A stretch of 64,000 nt of DNA. Source: an uncultured delta proteobacterium. GTDB taxonomy: Bacteria; Myxococcota_A; Polyangia; Polyangiales; Polyangiaceae. The stretch covers positions 544,001-608,000 of the forward strand of contig CAWAIF010000003.1 of NCBI GenBank assembly GCA_963782055.1, given 5' to 3'. Every line of letters begins with the position of its first letter. Position 1 is the stretch's first letter. The position numbers and the translations under genes are program-made. The notes under the pieces are model-generated. The model was not told where the DNA came from. It saw only the letters and a list, made by a program, of their open reading frames with translations, and did no database searches. This document shows, piece by piece, positions 28,855 to 41,085 of the stretch.

Positions 28855-28892
28855 TTGCAAACAGGCCACCCGTAGCTAAAGTGCGCCTCCCC
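28855..28892 (+). promoter_or_regulatory. sigma70-type promoter restarting the ribosomal cluster at rplV
   Basis: TTGCAA-N16-TAAAGT-GCGCCTCCCC; near copy of the rpsL promoter. Confidence 0.75.
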
Positions 28893-28998
28893 CCGACCGG
28901 GCATCCCGGCCGGACTCGTGAGCGGCCGTAACGGTTCCCGGAACGATCTCGCGCACTTCGCTCGAATCCCTGGGAATACGACGGCGCAAGGAAAGCCC

Positions 28999-29340
28999 AT
29001 GGTCAGCAAGGCGATCGCTCGCTTCGCGCGGATCAGCCCGCGCAAGGCCCGTGTCATGGTCAACCTCGTTCGTGGCCGCCAGGCCGGCGAGGCGCTGCAG
29101 ATCCTCGAGTTCACCCCCAAGGCGGGCGCCCCCCTCCTGAAGAAGGTGATCGAGAGCGCGGTCGCCAACGCGCGCACCCAGAGCCCGGGCGTGGACCTCG
29201 ACTCGCTCTACGTCGAGACCGCCTTCGTCGACAAGGCCCCCAACAAGTTCCTGCGCCGCTGGCGGCCCCGCGCCATGGGCCGCGCGACCCGCATCCAGAA
29301 GGGGCTGAGCCACATCACCGTCGTCCTCGGCGAGCGCTGA
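28999..29340 (+). CDS. rplV: 50S ribosomal protein L22
   Basis: RISPRKAR and [11 protein letters not shown] at 28999. Confidence 0.98.
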   Translation: MVSKAIARFARISPRKARVMVNLVRGRQAGEALQILEFTPKAGAPLLKKVIESAVANARTQSPGVDLDSLYVETAFVDKAPNKFLRRWRPRAMGRATRIQKGLSHITVVLGER

Positions 29341-29369
29341 GAGCGCGACACCTCGGAGAATCAGAGAGC

Positions 29370-30077
29370 ATGGGTCAGAAAGTTCATCCGTACGGCTTCC
29401 GCCTCGGCGTCATCAAGACCTGGAACTCGAAGTGGTTCGAGGACAAGGCCTACGCCAAGTGGCTGCACGAGGACATCCGCATCAAGCGGGCCGTGAAGGC
29501 CTACCTGATGAACGCCAACGTGGCGTCGGTCGAGGTGGAGCGCGCCGCGAACAAGGCCAAGGTCATCGTCTACACCGCGCGCCCCGGCATGGTCATCGGC
29601 AAGGGTGGCAAGGGCATCGAGATCCTCAAGAGCGGCAACATCGGCACCGCCGCCAAGGGCGAGACCCTCTTCCCGGGCGTCGCGTCCTTCACCGCGAACG
29701 AGGTCTTCATCGACGTGCAGGAGATCCGCAAGGCGGAGACCTCCGCGCAGCTCGTGGCGGAGAACGTCGCCACCCAGCTGGAGCGCCGCGTCGCCTTTCG
29801 CCGCGCCATGAAGAAGGCGATGTCCACCGCCATGAAGTTCGGCGCCAAGGGCATCCGCATCCGCTGCTCCGGCCGCCTGGGCGGCAGCGAGATGAGCCGC
29901 GTCGAGACCTACCGCGACGGGCGTGTCCCCCTGCACACCCTCCGCGCCGACATCGAGTTCGGCCTCGCCGAGGCGAAGACGAAGTACGGCATCATCGGCG
30001 TCAAGGTCTGGATCTTCAAGGGGGAGGTCCTCCAGCGCCGCAGCCGCCGCGGCATCGCGACGGGCGCCACCACCTGA
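29370..30077 (+). CDS. rpsC: 30S ribosomal protein S3
   Basis: [13 protein letters not shown] and [12 protein letters not shown]. Confidence 0.99.
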   Translation: MGQKVHPYGFRLGVIKTWNSKWFEDKAYAKWLHEDIRIKRAVKAYLMNANVASVEVERAANKAKVIVYTARPGMVIGKGGKGIEILKSGNIGTAAKGETLFPGVASFTANEVFIDVQEIRKAETSAQLVAENVATQLERRVAFRRAMKKAMSTAMKFGAKGIRIRCSGRLGGSEMSRVETYRDGRVPLHTLRADIEFGLAEAKTKYGIIGVKVWIFKGEVLQRRSRRGIATGATT

Positions 30078-30120
30078 TCCCGACCGCCCGAAGGGCACGA
30101 AGAACGACTAGGAACCTGCC

Positions 30121-30537
30121 ATGCTCTCCCCGAAGCGAACCAAGTACCGCAAGATGCAGAAGGGCAACAACCGCGGCCTCGCCATGCGCGGCTCGGATGT
30201 GTCCTTCGGTGATTTCGGCATGCAGGCCGTCGAGCCGGGCCGCCTCACCGCGCGCCAGATCGAGGCGGCTCGTATGGCCATCACCCGCCACGTCAAGCGC
30301 GTGGGCAAGCTCTGGATCCGCATCTTCCCGCACCGCCCCGTCACCAAGAAGCCCCTCGAGGTGCGCATGGGTGGCGGCAAGGGCGGCGTCGAGGAGTGGG
30401 CGGCCGACATCCTCCCCGGCCGCGTCATGTACGAGATCTCCGGCGTGGACGAGAAGACCGCGCGCGAGGCCTTCCGCCTCGCCGGCCACAAGCTCCCCGT
30501 CGGCTACAAGTTCCTGGTCCGCGGGGCCGTGGGCTGA
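30121..30537 (+). CDS. rplP: 50S ribosomal protein L16
   Basis: PKRTKYRK and EVRMGGGKG. Confidence 0.99.
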   Translation: MLSPKRTKYRKMQKGNNRGLAMRGSDVSFGDFGMQAVEPGRLTARQIEAARMAITRHVKRVGKLWIRIFPHRPVTKKPLEVRMGGGKGGVEEWAADILPGRVMYEISGVDEKTAREAFRLAGHKLPVGYKFLVRGAVG

Positions 30538-30546
30538 GAGGGCACG

Positions 30547-30768
30547 ATGAAAGCCAAGGATTTGCGCGAGCGCAGCGTCGACGACCTCCGTGACCTCGAG
30601 AAGACGCTCACGAAGGAGCTCTTCGACTCCCGCTTCAAGAACTTCACCAACCGGCTCGACGACACCAGCGCGCTCCGCAAGACGCGCCGCGAGCTCGCCC
30701 GTATCAAGACCATCCTGCTCGAGCAGAGCCGCCCGGCGGCGGCCCCCGCACCGGAGAAGAAGGCATGA
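30547..30768 (+). CDS. rpmC: 50S ribosomal protein L29
   Basis: LRKTRRELARIKT; synteny. Confidence 0.97.
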   Translation: MKAKDLRERSVDDLRDLEKTLTKELFDSRFKNFTNRLDDTSALRKTRRELARIKTILLEQSRPAAAPAPEKKA

Positions 30769-31082
30769 GCACCGCCACCCCGCAGGCCGCACCGAGCACA
30801 CGCAAGCTCGCCGAGCCGAAGAAGACCCACGGCTTCCGCCGCAAGATGGTCGGCAAGGTCATCAAGAACAAGATGCAGAAGTCGGTCGTCGTGGAGGTGG
30901 TCAACCACACCCGCGACCCGCTCTACGGCAAGTACGTCCGCACGCGGAAGCGCTACAAGGCCCACGACGAGAAGAACGAGTACATCGTCGGCGACCAGGT
31001 GGAGATCCAGGAGCACCGCCCCTTCTCCAAGGACAAGCGCTTCTTGGTCGTGCGGCTCGTCAAGAAGTTCGTCGAGGAGTGA
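30765..31082 (+). CDS. rpsQ: 30S ribosomal protein S17
   Basis: [12 protein letters not shown] and RPFSKDKRF. Confidence 0.98.
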   Translation: MSTATPQAAPSTRKLAEPKKTHGFRRKMVGKVIKNKMQKSVVVEVVNHTRDPLYGKYVRTRKRYKAHDEKNEYIVGDQVEIQEHRPFSKDKRFLVVRLVKKFVEE

Positions 31083-31092
31083 GGAGCACGCC

Positions 31093-31461
31093 ATGATCCA
31101 GACGCGAACCATCCTCGACGTCGCCGACAACTCCGGCGCCAAGCGCGTGCAGTGCATCAAGGTGCTCGGCGGGTCGCGCCGCCGCTACGCCTCGCTCGGC
31201 GACGTGATCGTCGTCTCCATCAAGGAGGCGCTGCCCGGCATGAAGGTGAAGAAGGGCGACACCGCCCGCGCCGTGGTCGTGCGCACCCGCCGCGAGCAGG
31301 CGCGCCCGGACGGCAGCTACATCAAGTTCGACGGCAACAGCGCCGTCCTCATCAACAACCAGCTCGAGCCCATCGGCACCCGCATCTTCGGGCCAGTCGC
31401 GCGCGAGCTGCGCGGCAAGAAGTTCATGAAGATCATCTCGCTCGCGCCGGAGGTGCTCTGA
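31093..31461 (+). CDS. rplN: 50S ribosomal protein L14
   Basis: VADNSGAK and [12 protein letters not shown]. Confidence 0.99.
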   Translation: MIQTRTILDVADNSGAKRVQCIKVLGGSRRRYASLGDVIVVSIKEALPGMKVKKGDTARAVVVRTRREQARPDGSYIKFDGNSAVLINNQLEPIGTRIFGPVARELRGKKFMKIISLAPEVL

Positions 31462-31790
31462 TGCTCGCGCGTCTTCGCAAAGGCGACGAGGTCGTCGTCA
31501 TCAGCGGCAAGGACAAGGGCAAGAAGGGCAAGGTCGCCCGCGTCCTGGTGGAAGAGGGCAAGGTCGTCGTCGAGGGCGTCAACCTGATCAAGCGCCACCT
31601 CCGCCCCACGCCGAAGAACCCGCAAGGCGGAATCCTGGAGCGCGAGGCGCCCATCTTCGCCAGCAAGGTGATGCCCATCGACCCGAAGACGGGCAAGGGT
31701 ACCCGCGTCCGCGCCGGCAAGGGCGAGCGCGGCCACAAGATCCGCGTGGCCGTCAAGAGCGGCGAGGAGATCGTCGCGGCCAAGGCCTGA
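31461..31790 (+). CDS. rplX: 50S ribosomal protein L24
   Basis: [22 protein letters not shown] overlap with rplN. Confidence 0.98.
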   Translation: MLARLRKGDEVVVISGKDKGKKGKVARVLVEEGKVVVEGVNLIKRHLRPTPKNPQGGILEREAPIFASKVMPIDPKTGKGTRVRAGKGERGHKIRVAVKSGEEIVAAKA

Positions 31791-31810
31791 CGAGTCGAGG
31801 AGCACCAGAC

Positions 31811-32434
31811 ATGGCAGCCAAGAAGGGCAAGGGGCAGGAGCAGAAGGCGCAGGCGGCGGCCGAGGCAGTGACCTCGACAGCCGAGATCGAGGCGCCCCGC
31901 TTCCGGCTCAAATACAAGGACGAGGTCATCGCGGCGCTCATCAAGGAGTTCGGGTTCACCAACCCGAACCAGGTGCCGCGTCTCCGGAAGATCGTCGTCA
32001 ACATGGGCCTCGGCGCCGCCGTGGCGAACCCGAAGATCATCGACGCGGCGGTCGACGAGATGAAGGCCGTCACCGGGCAGAAGCCGGTGGTCACCCGCTC
32101 CAAGAAGGCGATCGCCAGCTTCAAGCTGCGCGCCGGCCTCCCCATCGGCGTGATGGTGACGCTCCGGAGCGGCCGCATGTGGGAGTTCTTGGACCGCCTG
32201 ATCACGATCGCCCTCCCGCGCACGCGTGACTTCCGCGGTGTCTCCCGCAAGGCCTTCGACGGCAAGGGCAACTACACCCTCGGCCTGAAGGAGCAGATCA
32301 TCTTCCCCGAGATCAACTACGACCGCATCGACGTGATCAAGGGGCTCAACATCAGCTTCGTGACGACGGCCCGCACCGACGAGGAGGGGCGTGCGCTGCT
32401 CCAGCACCTCGGCATGCCGTTCCGGGCGAATTGA
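31811..32434 (+). CDS. rplE: 50S ribosomal protein L5
   Basis: KIVVNMGLG and [10 protein letters not shown]. Confidence 0.99.
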   Translation: MAAKKGKGQEQKAQAAAEAVTSTAEIEAPRFRLKYKDEVIAALIKEFGFTNPNQVPRLRKIVVNMGLGAAVANPKIIDAAVDEMKAVTGQKPVVTRSKKAIASFKLRAGLPIGVMVTLRSGRMWEFLDRLITIALPRTRDFRGVSRKAFDGKGNYTLGLKEQIIFPEINYDRIDVIKGLNISFVTTARTDEEGRALLQHLGMPFRAN

Positions 32435-32456
32435 AGAAGCAGAAGGAACTTTAGAG

Positions 32457-32642
32457 ATGGCACGAGCATGTCAGTTTGCGAAGCTGAACCGCGCACCGAA
32501 ATTCCCGGTGCGCCACCGCAACCGCTGCAAGGTGTGCGGTCGCGCGCGCGGCTACTACCGCAAGTTCGAACTCTGCAGGGTGTGCCTGCGGGTCTTCGCC
32601 CTCCGCGGCGAGATCCCCGGCGTGATCAAGGCGAGCTGGTGA
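32457..32642 (+). CDS. rpsN: 30S ribosomal protein S14, zinc-binding (type Z)
   Basis: RCKVCGR...LCRVC, 61 aa. Confidence 0.97.
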   Translation: MARACQFAKLNRAPKFPVRHRNRCKVCGRARGYYRKFELCRVCLRVFALRGEIPGVIKASW

Positions 32643-32646
32643 CCCC

Positions 32647-33042
32647 ATGATGACCGATCCGATCGCGGACATGCTCACTCGCATTCGCAACGGCGCGCTC
32701 GCGCGGCACGACCGCGTGGACCTGCCCCACTCGCAGCTCAAGCAGCACATCGCCGGCGTCCTCAAGAGCGAGGGCTACGTCGACGACGTGCGCGTGAGCG
32801 ACGGCGAGGGCAAGCGCACCCTCACCGTGGTGCTGCGTTACGGGCGCGACCGCCAGAGCGCCATCGACGGCCTCTCGCGCGTGTCGTCCCCCGGACGCCG
32901 CGTCTACGTCAGGCACGACCGCATCCCGCGCGTCCGTTCGGGGATGGGCATCTCCATCCTCTCGACGAGCCGCGGAGTGATGACCGACCGCGACGCGCGC
33001 AAGCAGCGCGTGGGCGGCGAGCTGCTCTGCGAGGTCTGGTGA
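32647..33042 (+). CDS. rpsH: 30S ribosomal protein S8
   Basis: DPIADMLTRIRN and STSRGVMTD. Confidence 0.99.
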   Translation: MMTDPIADMLTRIRNGALARHDRVDLPHSQLKQHIAGVLKSEGYVDDVRVSDGEGKRTLTVVLRYGRDRQSAIDGLSRVSSPGRRVYVRHDRIPRVRSGMGISILSTSRGVMTDRDARKQRVGGELLCEVW

Positions 33043-33046
33043 TCCC

Positions 33047-33649
33047 ATGACCGCTCAGACCACGCAGTCCCCCACCGCCGGCGACGGCATCAAGCAGTCG
33101 CGCATCGGCAAGCGGCCCATCCCGCTGCCGAAGGGCGTCACCGCGACCGTCAAGGACGGCGCCATCGAGGTGAAGGGCCCCAAGGGCACCCTCTCCCGCA
33201 AGCTCCCGCCCAACGTCGCGGTGAAGGTCGGCGCCGCCGACATCACCGTGGTCCCCACCGTCCCCGGTCGCGACGGCGCGCGCTTCCAGGGCCTCGCCTG
33301 GGCGCTCATCGGCGGCATGGTGACGGGGGTGGGCACTGGCTACACCAAGACGCTCCAGCTCGTCGGCACCGGCTACCGCGCCGAGGTCAAGGGCCAGGTG
33401 CTCAACCTCTCGCTCGGCTTCTCTCACCCCGTCAACTTCCCCATCCCCGCCGGCATCAAGGTGGAGATCCCGGGGGACTCCAAGGGCACCATCGTCATCC
33501 TGACTGGCGCCAACAAGGAGATGATGGGCCAGACCGCCGCCAAGATCCGCGGGTTCCGCCCGCCGGAGCCCTACGGCGGAAAGGGCGTGCGCTACCAGGG
33601 GGAGAAGGTCCGCGAGAAGGCCGGCAAGGCGGCCAAGGGCGGGAAGTGA
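33047..33649 (+). CDS. rplF: 50S ribosomal protein L6
   Basis: SRIGKRPI and RPPEPYGGKGVRY. Confidence 0.98.
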   Translation: MTAQTTQSPTAGDGIKQSRIGKRPIPLPKGVTATVKDGAIEVKGPKGTLSRKLPPNVAVKVGAADITVVPTVPGRDGARFQGLAWALIGGMVTGVGTGYTKTLQLVGTGYRAEVKGQVLNLSLGFSHPVNFPIPAGIKVEIPGDSKGTIVILTGANKEMMGQTAAKIRGFRPPEPYGGKGVRYQGEKVREKAGKAAKGGK

Positions 33650-33724
33650 CGTCGACTGGAAGGAAAGTGAAACCTCGCGGTTGAGGAGATACGCCGCGGG
33701 AACCACGAACCGAGGAATCGAATC

Positions 33725-34084
33725 ATGGCCATGCAGATCGTCGGGCGGGAGCGCCGCAAGCTGCGCATCCGCCGAAAAATCAGCGGGACTTCGGCGCGTC
33801 CGCGCCTCACCGTCTTCCGTAGCGCGAAGCACATCTACGCTCAGGTCGTGGACGACGTGGCAGGCGCCACGCTGGCCCACTCCTCCACGCTCTCTCGCGA
33901 GGTGCGTGGCGCCCTCGCCGAGGAGGACAAGACCGGCGCGGCCAAGAAGGTGGGGGCCGCCATCGCCAAGGCCCTCCTGGCCAAGGGGATCGACAAGGTC
34001 GTCTTCGACCGCAACGGCTACCTCTACCACGGGCGCGTGCGCGCGCTCGCCGACGCCGCGCGTGAGGCCGGCCTCAAGTTCTGA
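33725..34084 (+). CDS. rplR: 50S ribosomal protein L18
   Basis: RPRLTVFRS and [12 protein letters not shown]. Confidence 0.99.
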   Translation: MAMQIVGRERRKLRIRRKISGTSARPRLTVFRSAKHIYAQVVDDVAGATLAHSSTLSREVRGALAEEDKTGAAKKVGAAIAKALLAKGIDKVVFDRNGYLYHGRVRALADAAREAGLKF

Positions 34085-34107
34085 GAAACGAAAAGGGACT
34101 CATCATC

Positions 34108-34653
34108 ATGGCGTTGGACATCGACGAGGAAAAGCTCAAGGAGCGCATCATCCACATCAACCGCGTGGCCAAGGTGGTCAAGGGCGGTCGCCGCTTCTCC
34201 TTCGCGGCGCTGGTGGTGGTGGGTGACGAGTCCGGTCACGTCGGCGTGGGCCTGGGCAAGGCCAACGAGGTGCCGGAGGCGATCCGCAAGGGCAACGACC
34301 AGGCGCGCAAGAACCTCTTCCGCGTTCCGCTGGACGGCGTGACGATCCCCCACGAGATCACCGGTCACTTCGGCGCCGGCCGCGTGCTGCTGCGCCCGGC
34401 CTCGCCCGGTACCGGCGTCATCGCGGGCGGCGCCGTCCGCGCGGTCGTCGAGAGCGCGGGCATCCACGACATCCTCACCAAGAGCCTCGGGAGCTCCAAC
34501 CCGCACAACGTGGTGCGCGCGGTGGTCAACGCCCTCGAGCAGCTCCGCAGCGTCGACGACGTCGCCCGCAAGCGCGGCAAGCAGCCCGCCGACGTCTACG
34601 GCGACAGCAAGAAGTCCAAGAAGCTCGCCGCGCCGGAGGCGGCGGCGTCCTGA
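34108..34653 (+). CDS. rpsE: 30S ribosomal protein S5
   Basis: [15 protein letters not shown]. Confidence 0.99.
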   Translation: MALDIDEEKLKERIIHINRVAKVVKGGRRFSFAALVVVGDESGHVGVGLGKANEVPEAIRKGNDQARKNLFRVPLDGVTIPHEITGHFGAGRVLLRPASPGTGVIAGGAVRAVVESAGIHDILTKSLGSSNPHNVVRAVVNALEQLRSVDDVARKRGKQPADVYGDSKKSKKLAAPEAAAS

Positions 34654-34666
34654 GTCGAGGCGAACC

Positions 34667-34882
34667 ATGAAGGCTCATCTCAAGGTCATCCAGACACGCA
34701 GCCTGATCGGGCAGGCCGAGCCCATGCGGCTCACCGTCCGCGGGCTCGGCCTTCGCGGCCCCGGCTCCGCCGTGGTCGTGGCGAACACGCCGTCCTTCCG
34801 CGGCGCGATCAAGAAGGTCATCCACCTCGTGTCCGTGGAGGAGGTCGACTCCCCCCCGGCGAAGAAGACGAAGAAGAGCTGA
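34667..34882 (+). CDS. rpmD: 50S ribosomal protein L30
   Basis: RSLIG...GLGL...RGAIKKVIHLV; synteny. Confidence 0.95.
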   Translation: MKAHLKVIQTRSLIGQAEPMRLTVRGLGLRGPGSAVVVANTPSFRGAIKKVIHLVSVEEVDSPPAKKTKKS

Positions 34883-34889
34883 GGCAGTC

Positions 34890-35369
34890 ATGGCCGACAC
34901 GTTGAGCAAGCTCGCCAAGCCCATCGGTTCCACGGAGAAGAAGCTCCGCAAGGGCCGCGGCGTTGGCTCCGGACTGGGCAAGACCTCCGGCCGCGGCCAG
35001 AAGGGCCAGTACGCCCGCAATGGCGTGCGCCGGGAGTTCGAGGGCGGCCAGACGCCCATCGCCCGCCGCCTGCCGAAGCGCGGCTTCAATCCCCCCTTCC
35101 CGGTGCGCACCGCCGAGGTGAACGTCGGTGACCTGGAGGCGTTCGCCGCCGGCACCAACGTCGACGAGACCACCCTGCGCGACCACGGCCTGGTCAAGGG
35201 CCGCATCGACCGCATCAAGGTCCTCGGCAACGGTAGCCTCAACAGGAAGGTCACCGTCACCGCGCACGCGTTCTCCAAGTCTGCAGTGGCCAAGATCGAG
35301 AAGGCGGGCGGCAAGGCCGTCGTCATCCCGGAGCACCAGGCCGCCGAGGCACCAGGGCAGGCGCAGTAG
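34890..35369 (+). CDS. rplO: 50S ribosomal protein L15
   Basis: GRGVGSGLGKTSGRGQKGQ and FEGGQTP. Confidence 0.99.
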   Translation: MADTLSKLAKPIGSTEKKLRKGRGVGSGLGKTSGRGQKGQYARNGVRREFEGGQTPIARRLPKRGFNPPFPVRTAEVNVGDLEAFAAGTNVDETTLRDHGLVKGRIDRIKVLGNGSLNRKVTVTAHAFSKSAVAKIEKAGGKAVVIPEHQAAEAPGQAQ

Positions 35370-35372
35370 CCA

Positions 35373-36709
<1,337 letters not shown>

Positions 36710-36710
<1 letters not shown>

Positions 36711-37330
36711 TGCGGCTCGTCTTCATGGGACCGCCGGGGGCCGGCAAGGGCACCCAGGCGAAGATTCTCTGCCAGAAGCTTTCCATCCCGCAGGTGTCGA
36801 CGGGCGACATCCTTCGCGCGCGGAAGGCGGCGGGCACCCTCCCGGCCGAGCTGGTCAAGGCGATGGACACCGGGGGCCTGGTCCCGGACGAGGTCGTCAT
36901 CGGCTACATCGACGAGCGCATCCAGGAGCCGGACTGCAAGAGCGGCTTCTTGCTCGACGGCTTCCCCCGCACCGTCCCGCAGGCGGAGGCGCTCGACCGC
37001 ATGCTGGAGGCCCGCGGCGCCAAGCTGGACAGCGCCGTCGCCCTCCAGGTGCCCGAGGCACTGCTGGTCGAACGTACAGTGCTGCGGCGAACCGACAAAC
37101 GCACTGGACAGATCTACCACTTGAAGTATAACCCCCCGCCCCCCGATGCCCAACTCGAGCATCGGGCGGACGACACGGAGGAGGCCGTTCGCAAGCGCCT
37201 TGACGCGTACGCGAGGGACACCGCCGCCGTCATCCCTTACTACGAGCAGAAGGGCATCCTGAAGCGCGTGGACGGGACGAAGGAAGTCGCCGAGGTGACG
37301 AAGGCCATCTTCGCCGCCCTGGGGATCTGA
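36710..37330 (+). CDS. adk: Adenylate kinase (LID lacks Zn cysteines)
   Basis: [11 protein letters not shown] and [13 protein letters not shown] overlap with secY. Confidence 0.98.
37105..37132 (+). promoter_or_regulatory. Candidate internal promoter within adk
   Basis: TGGACA-N16-TATAAC inside an AT-richer, rare-codon patch. Confidence 0.5.
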
Positions 37331-37347
37331 AGAGAAGCAGGGAATCG

Positions 37348-37590
37348 ATGAGAGAGCGTAGGGAGCGAAAAGAACCCAAGGGCGACAAGCTCGAGTTCGA
37401 CGGCGTCGTCCAGGAGGCGCTCCCCAACGCCATGTTCAAGGTCAGGTGCGACAACGGGCTGAGCGTGCTGGCCACCATCAGCGGCCGCATGCGTCAGTTC
37501 TACATCCGAATCCTCCCCGGAGACCGCGTCACCGTGGAGGTCAGCCCCTACGACCCGAGCCGCGGTCGCATCACGTACCGCCACAAGTGA
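37348..37590 (+). CDS. infA: Translation initiation factor IF-1
   Basis: [17 protein letters not shown] and GRITYR. Confidence 0.98.
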   Translation: MRERRERKEPKGDKLEFDGVVQEALPNAMFKVRCDNGLSVLATISGRMRQFYIRILPGDRVTVEVSPYDPSRGRITYRHK

Positions 37591-37644
37591 CTGAGGTCCG
37601 GCCGGCCACGGCCCGAAGGGCACGATGAAAGTGTCGAGGCAGCG

Positions 37645-37758
37645 ATGAAAGTCCGTCCGTCCGTGAAGAAGATCTGTGACAAGTGCAAGGTCATCCGCCG
37701 CAAAGGGGTGGTCCGCATCATCTGCACCAACCCGCGCCACAAGCAGCGCCAGGGCTGA
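37645..37758 (+). CDS. rpmJ: 50S ribosomal protein L36 (too short for the ORF track)
   Basis: Translated by hand: [37 protein letters not shown]. Confidence 0.98.
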   Translation: MKVRPSVKKICDKCKVIRRKGVVRIICTNPRHKQRQG

Positions 37759-37773
37759 TCGAAGGAATCCATC

Positions 37774-38160
37774 ATGGCTCGTATCGCAGGCGTCGACCTC
37801 CCCCGCCACAAGCACATCGCGTACTCGCTGCCGTACCTCTACGGGATCGGCAAGAAGACCGCCTTCGAGATCTGCGCGAAGGCCGGCATCCCGCCGACCA
37901 AGCTCACCGAGGAGCTCACGGAGAACGAGATCAAGCGGATCCGCGAGCTCCTGGAGACCGAGTACAAGGTCGAGGGCGACCTGCGCCGCGAGGTGCAGAT
38001 GAACATCAAGCGCCTCATGGACCTCGGCTGCTACCGGGGCCTGCGCCACCGCCGAGGCCTCCCGGTCCACGGCCAGCGCACCCACACCAACGCGCGCACC
38101 CGCAAGGGCCCGCGCAAGGGCACCATCGCCCGGCAGGGATCGGCGCGCGGCGCCAAGTGA
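37774..38160 (+). CDS. rpsM: 30S ribosomal protein S13
   Basis: [10 protein letters not shown] and [12 protein letters not shown]. Confidence 0.99.
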   Translation: MARIAGVDLPRHKHIAYSLPYLYGIGKKTAFEICAKAGIPPTKLTEELTENEIKRIRELLETEYKVEGDLRREVQMNIKRLMDLGCYRGLRHRRGLPVHGQRTHTNARTRKGPRKGTIARQGSARGAK

Positions 38161-38189
38161 CGGGTACCCAGGAGCCATCGGAGTAAGAC

Positions 38190-38609
38190 ATGTCGCAGGC
38201 AAAGACCGCAACCGGCGCGACCGGCGGACGACCGAAGGGGACCAAGAAGAAGGTCCGCAAGAACGTGGCGTCGGGCATCGCCCACATCCAGTCGACCTTC
38301 AACAACACGGTCGTCACCATCACCGACATCAACGGCAACGCGATCGCGTGGTCGAGCGCCGGCGCGCGCGGCTTCAAGGGCTCGCGCAAGTCGACGCCCT
38401 TCGCCGCCCAGCTCGCCGCCGAGGAAGCCGCCCGCAAGGCGATGGAGCACGGCATGCGTTCGGTCGCCGTCTTCGTGAAGGGCCCCGGCGCCGGCCGCGA
38501 GAGCGCGCTGCGCGCCCTGCAGACGGCGGGCTTCAAGGTCACGCTCATCCGCGACGTGACCCCCGTCCCGCACAACGGCTGCCGCCCGCCGAAGCGCCGG
38601 CGCGTCTAG
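38190..38609 (+). CDS. rpsK: 30S ribosomal protein S11
   Basis: STFNNT and [13 protein letters not shown]. Confidence 0.99.
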   Translation: MSQAKTATGATGGRPKGTKKKVRKNVASGIAHIQSTFNNTVVTITDINGNAIAWSSAGARGFKGSRKSTPFAAQLAAEEAARKAMEHGMRSVAVFVKGPGAGRESALRALQTAGFKVTLIRDVTPVPHNGCRPPKRRRV

Positions 38610-38708
38610 CCGACCAGGATTCTCGCTCCCTCCCCGGGAGCAAGCCGGGACGAAGTGCACAGCACGTAAACCGGTCAGCCACCGAAACGCTGAAGAAGGA
38701 CACGAAGA

Positions 38709-39338
38709 ATGGCTCGTTACATTGGACCCGTCTGCAAGCTCTGCCGCCGGGAGGGCATGAAGCTCTTCCTCAAGGGCGAGCGCTGCTACACCGACAAGTG
38801 CTCGTACACGCGGCGGCCGTACCCGCCGGGGCAGCACGGCCAGGGCCGCATCAAGCTCTCCGAGTACGCGGTGCGCCTGCGTGAGAAGCAGAAGGTCCGC
38901 CGCATCTACGGCGTGCTGGAGCGCCAGTTCCGCGCGTACTACTTCGCCGCGACGCGCCGCAAGGGCAGCACCGGCGAGCAGATGCTCGGCCTGCTGGAGA
39001 GCCGGCTGGACAACGTGGTGCACCGCATGGGCTTCGCCACCACCCGCGCCGAGGCGCGCCAGCTCGTCAAGCACAACCACGTGCTCATCAACGGCAAGCG
39101 CGTCAACATCCCCAGCTACAGCCTCCGGGTGGGCGACAAGATCACCATCCGCGAGGAGAGCCGGAAGATCGGCGCCGTCAACGCGGCCCTCGCCAACGTC
39201 GACAAGCGCCCGATGCTGTCCTGGCTCGAGCTGGACAAGGAGAACTTCTCCGGCGTGTTCAAGGCGGCCCCCGTCCGGGAGGAGCTGAACGAGCCGGCCA
39301 TCCGCGAGCAGCTCGTCGTCGAGTACTACTCGCGCTGA
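38709..39338 (+). CDS. rpsD: 30S ribosomal protein S4
   Basis: [15 protein letters not shown] and VEYYSR. Confidence 0.99.
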   Translation: MARYIGPVCKLCRREGMKLFLKGERCYTDKCSYTRRPYPPGQHGQGRIKLSEYAVRLREKQKVRRIYGVLERQFRAYYFAATRRKGSTGEQMLGLLESRLDNVVHRMGFATTRAEARQLVKHNHVLINGKRVNIPSYSLRVGDKITIREESRKIGAVNAALANVDKRPMLSWLELDKENFSGVFKAAPVREELNEPAIREQLVVEYYSR

Positions 39339-39482
39339 GGCCAGGCCGGAGGCCGGCCGACACGGATCGAGGATTTTCGAAGCAACGAAGCACACGGGCA
39401 GGCGACGGGACGCTCCGGAGAGCGGGTTCGAAGGACGTACGGGATCGCCGCGTGAACCAGCAGACAGAGAAGGAGAAATCGC

Positions 39483-40508
39483 ATGAGCGCCAACATCACC
39501 ACGCGTAACTGGCGGGACCTCATCCGTCCTCGCGGCATCGCCGTCGAGCAGGAGACCCTCACCGACTTCTACGGCAAGTTCACCTGCGAGCCGCTCGAGC
39601 GCGGCTACGGCATCACGCTGGGCAACTCGCTCCGGCGCGTGCTCCTCTCCTCCCTGCAGGGCTCGGCCATCACCGCCGTCCGCGTCGACGGCGCGCTGCA
39701 CGAGTTCACCACCATCGGCGACGTCGTCGAGGACGTGACCGACATCGTGCTGAACCTGAAGGAGGTCGTGCTCAAGGCCGCCTCGGTGAAGACGTACACC
39801 GTGCGCATCGACAAGGAGGGCCCCGGCCCGGTCTACGCGCGCGACATCTCGCTGGTCGACGGCCTCCAGGTCCTCAACCCGGACCACCTCATCGCCACGC
39901 TCGACAAGAAGGGCCCCCTGGCGATGGAGCTGACGGTCAACGTCGGCCGCGGCTACGTCCCGGCGGAGAAGAACAAGACCCCGACGATGGCGATCGGCAC
40001 CATCCCGATCGACGCGCTCTACTCGCCGATCCGCAAGGTCAACTACATGGTGACCAACGCGCGCGTCGGCCAGCAGACCGACTTCGACAAGCTCTCCCTC
40101 GAGGTGTGGACCAACGGGAGCGTGAAGCCGCAGGACGCGGTCGCCTACGCGGCGAAGATCCTGAAGGAGCAGCTCACCATCTTCATCAACTTCGAGGAGA
40201 CCGAGGAGACGAGCTACGCCGCCGTGGGTGGCGAGGACGAGCCCCTCAACGAGAACCTCTTCCGCTCGGTGGACGAGCTCGAGCTCTCCGTCCGCAGCGC
40301 CAACTGCCTGCAGAACGCGAACATCACGCTCATCGGTGAGCTGGTGCAGCGCACCGAGCAGGACATGCTCAAGACCAAGAACTTCGGCCGCAAGAGCCTC
40401 AAGGAGATCAAAGAGATCCTCCAGAACATGGGGCTTTCGCTCGGCATGAAGATCGACAACTGGCCGCAGATGCTCGAGCGCTGGAAGGCGCAGCAAGCCC
40501 AGGCCTGA
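39483..40508 (+). CDS. rpoA: RNA polymerase alpha subunit
   Basis: [17 protein letters not shown] and [10 protein letters not shown]. Confidence 0.99.
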   Translation: MSANITTRNWRDLIRPRGIAVEQETLTDFYGKFTCEPLERGYGITLGNSLRRVLLSSLQGSAITAVRVDGALHEFTTIGDVVEDVTDIVLNLKEVVLKAASVKTYTVRIDKEGPGPVYARDISLVDGLQVLNPDHLIATLDKKGPLAMELTVNVGRGYVPAEKNKTPTMAIGTIPIDALYSPIRKVNYMVTNARVGQQTDFDKLSLEVWTNGSVKPQDAVAYAAKILKEQLTIFINFEETEETSYAAVGGEDEPLNENLFRSVDELELSVRSANCLQNANITLIGELVQRTEQDMLKTKNFGRKSLKEIKEILQNMGLSLGMKIDNWPQMLERWKAQQAQA

Positions 40509-40524
40509 GCCCGAGAGAGAAGCC

Positions 40525-41085
40525 ATGCGTCACCGCAATTCGGGTCGTAAGTTCGACCGCAACAGCAGTCACCGCCGCGCGATGCTGCGCAACCTCACCG
40601 CGAACCTCGTCCTGCACGAGCGCATCGAGACGACCGACGCCAAGGCGAAGGAGGTTCGCCGTGTCGCGGAGCGCCTCATCACCAAGGCGCGCCGTCTCGG
40701 AGAGGTCGCGTACACCCCCAACGAGAAGCTCTCCGCGGGCGACCGCGCGCGGCGCCTCCACGCCGAGCGTCTGGTGGCGGCGTACATCCCCCGCTTCGCC
40801 GTGAAGGTGGAGAAGGGCGGCGCCCCGCAGAAGGTCGACATCGTCGAGAAGGTCTTCTGCGATCTGGCGAAGCGCTACAAGGACCGCCCGGGCGGCTACA
40901 CGCGCATCGTCAAGTTCGGCCCGCGGCGTGGCGACAACGCCCCCATCTCCATGCTGGAGCTGGTGGGCGAGCTCGTCGCTGGCGAGCCGGAGGCCTCCGA
41001 CGAGGGCGAGGCGAAGGCCAAGCCCTCCAAGAAGAAGGGCAAGGCGACAGCCGCTGAGCCCAAGACGGCCGCCAAGGCGGAGTGA
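40525..41085 (+). CDS. rplQ: 50S ribosomal protein L17 (with internal insertions and C-terminal tail)
   Basis: [12 protein letters not shown] and RPGGYTRI. Confidence 0.98.
   Translation: MRHRNSGRKFDRNSSHRRAMLRNLTANLVLHERIETTDAKAKEVRRVAERLITKARRLGEVAYTPNEKLSAGDRARRLHAERLVAAYIPRFAVKVEKGGAPQKVDIVEKVFCDLAKRYKDRPGGYTRIVKFGPRRGDNAPISMLELVGELVAGEPEASDEGEAKAKPSKKKGKATAAEPKTAAKAE

Noticed and set aside
37330..37348. Absence of map between adk and infA
   Set aside because: This position varies among bacteria and is not remarkable alone.
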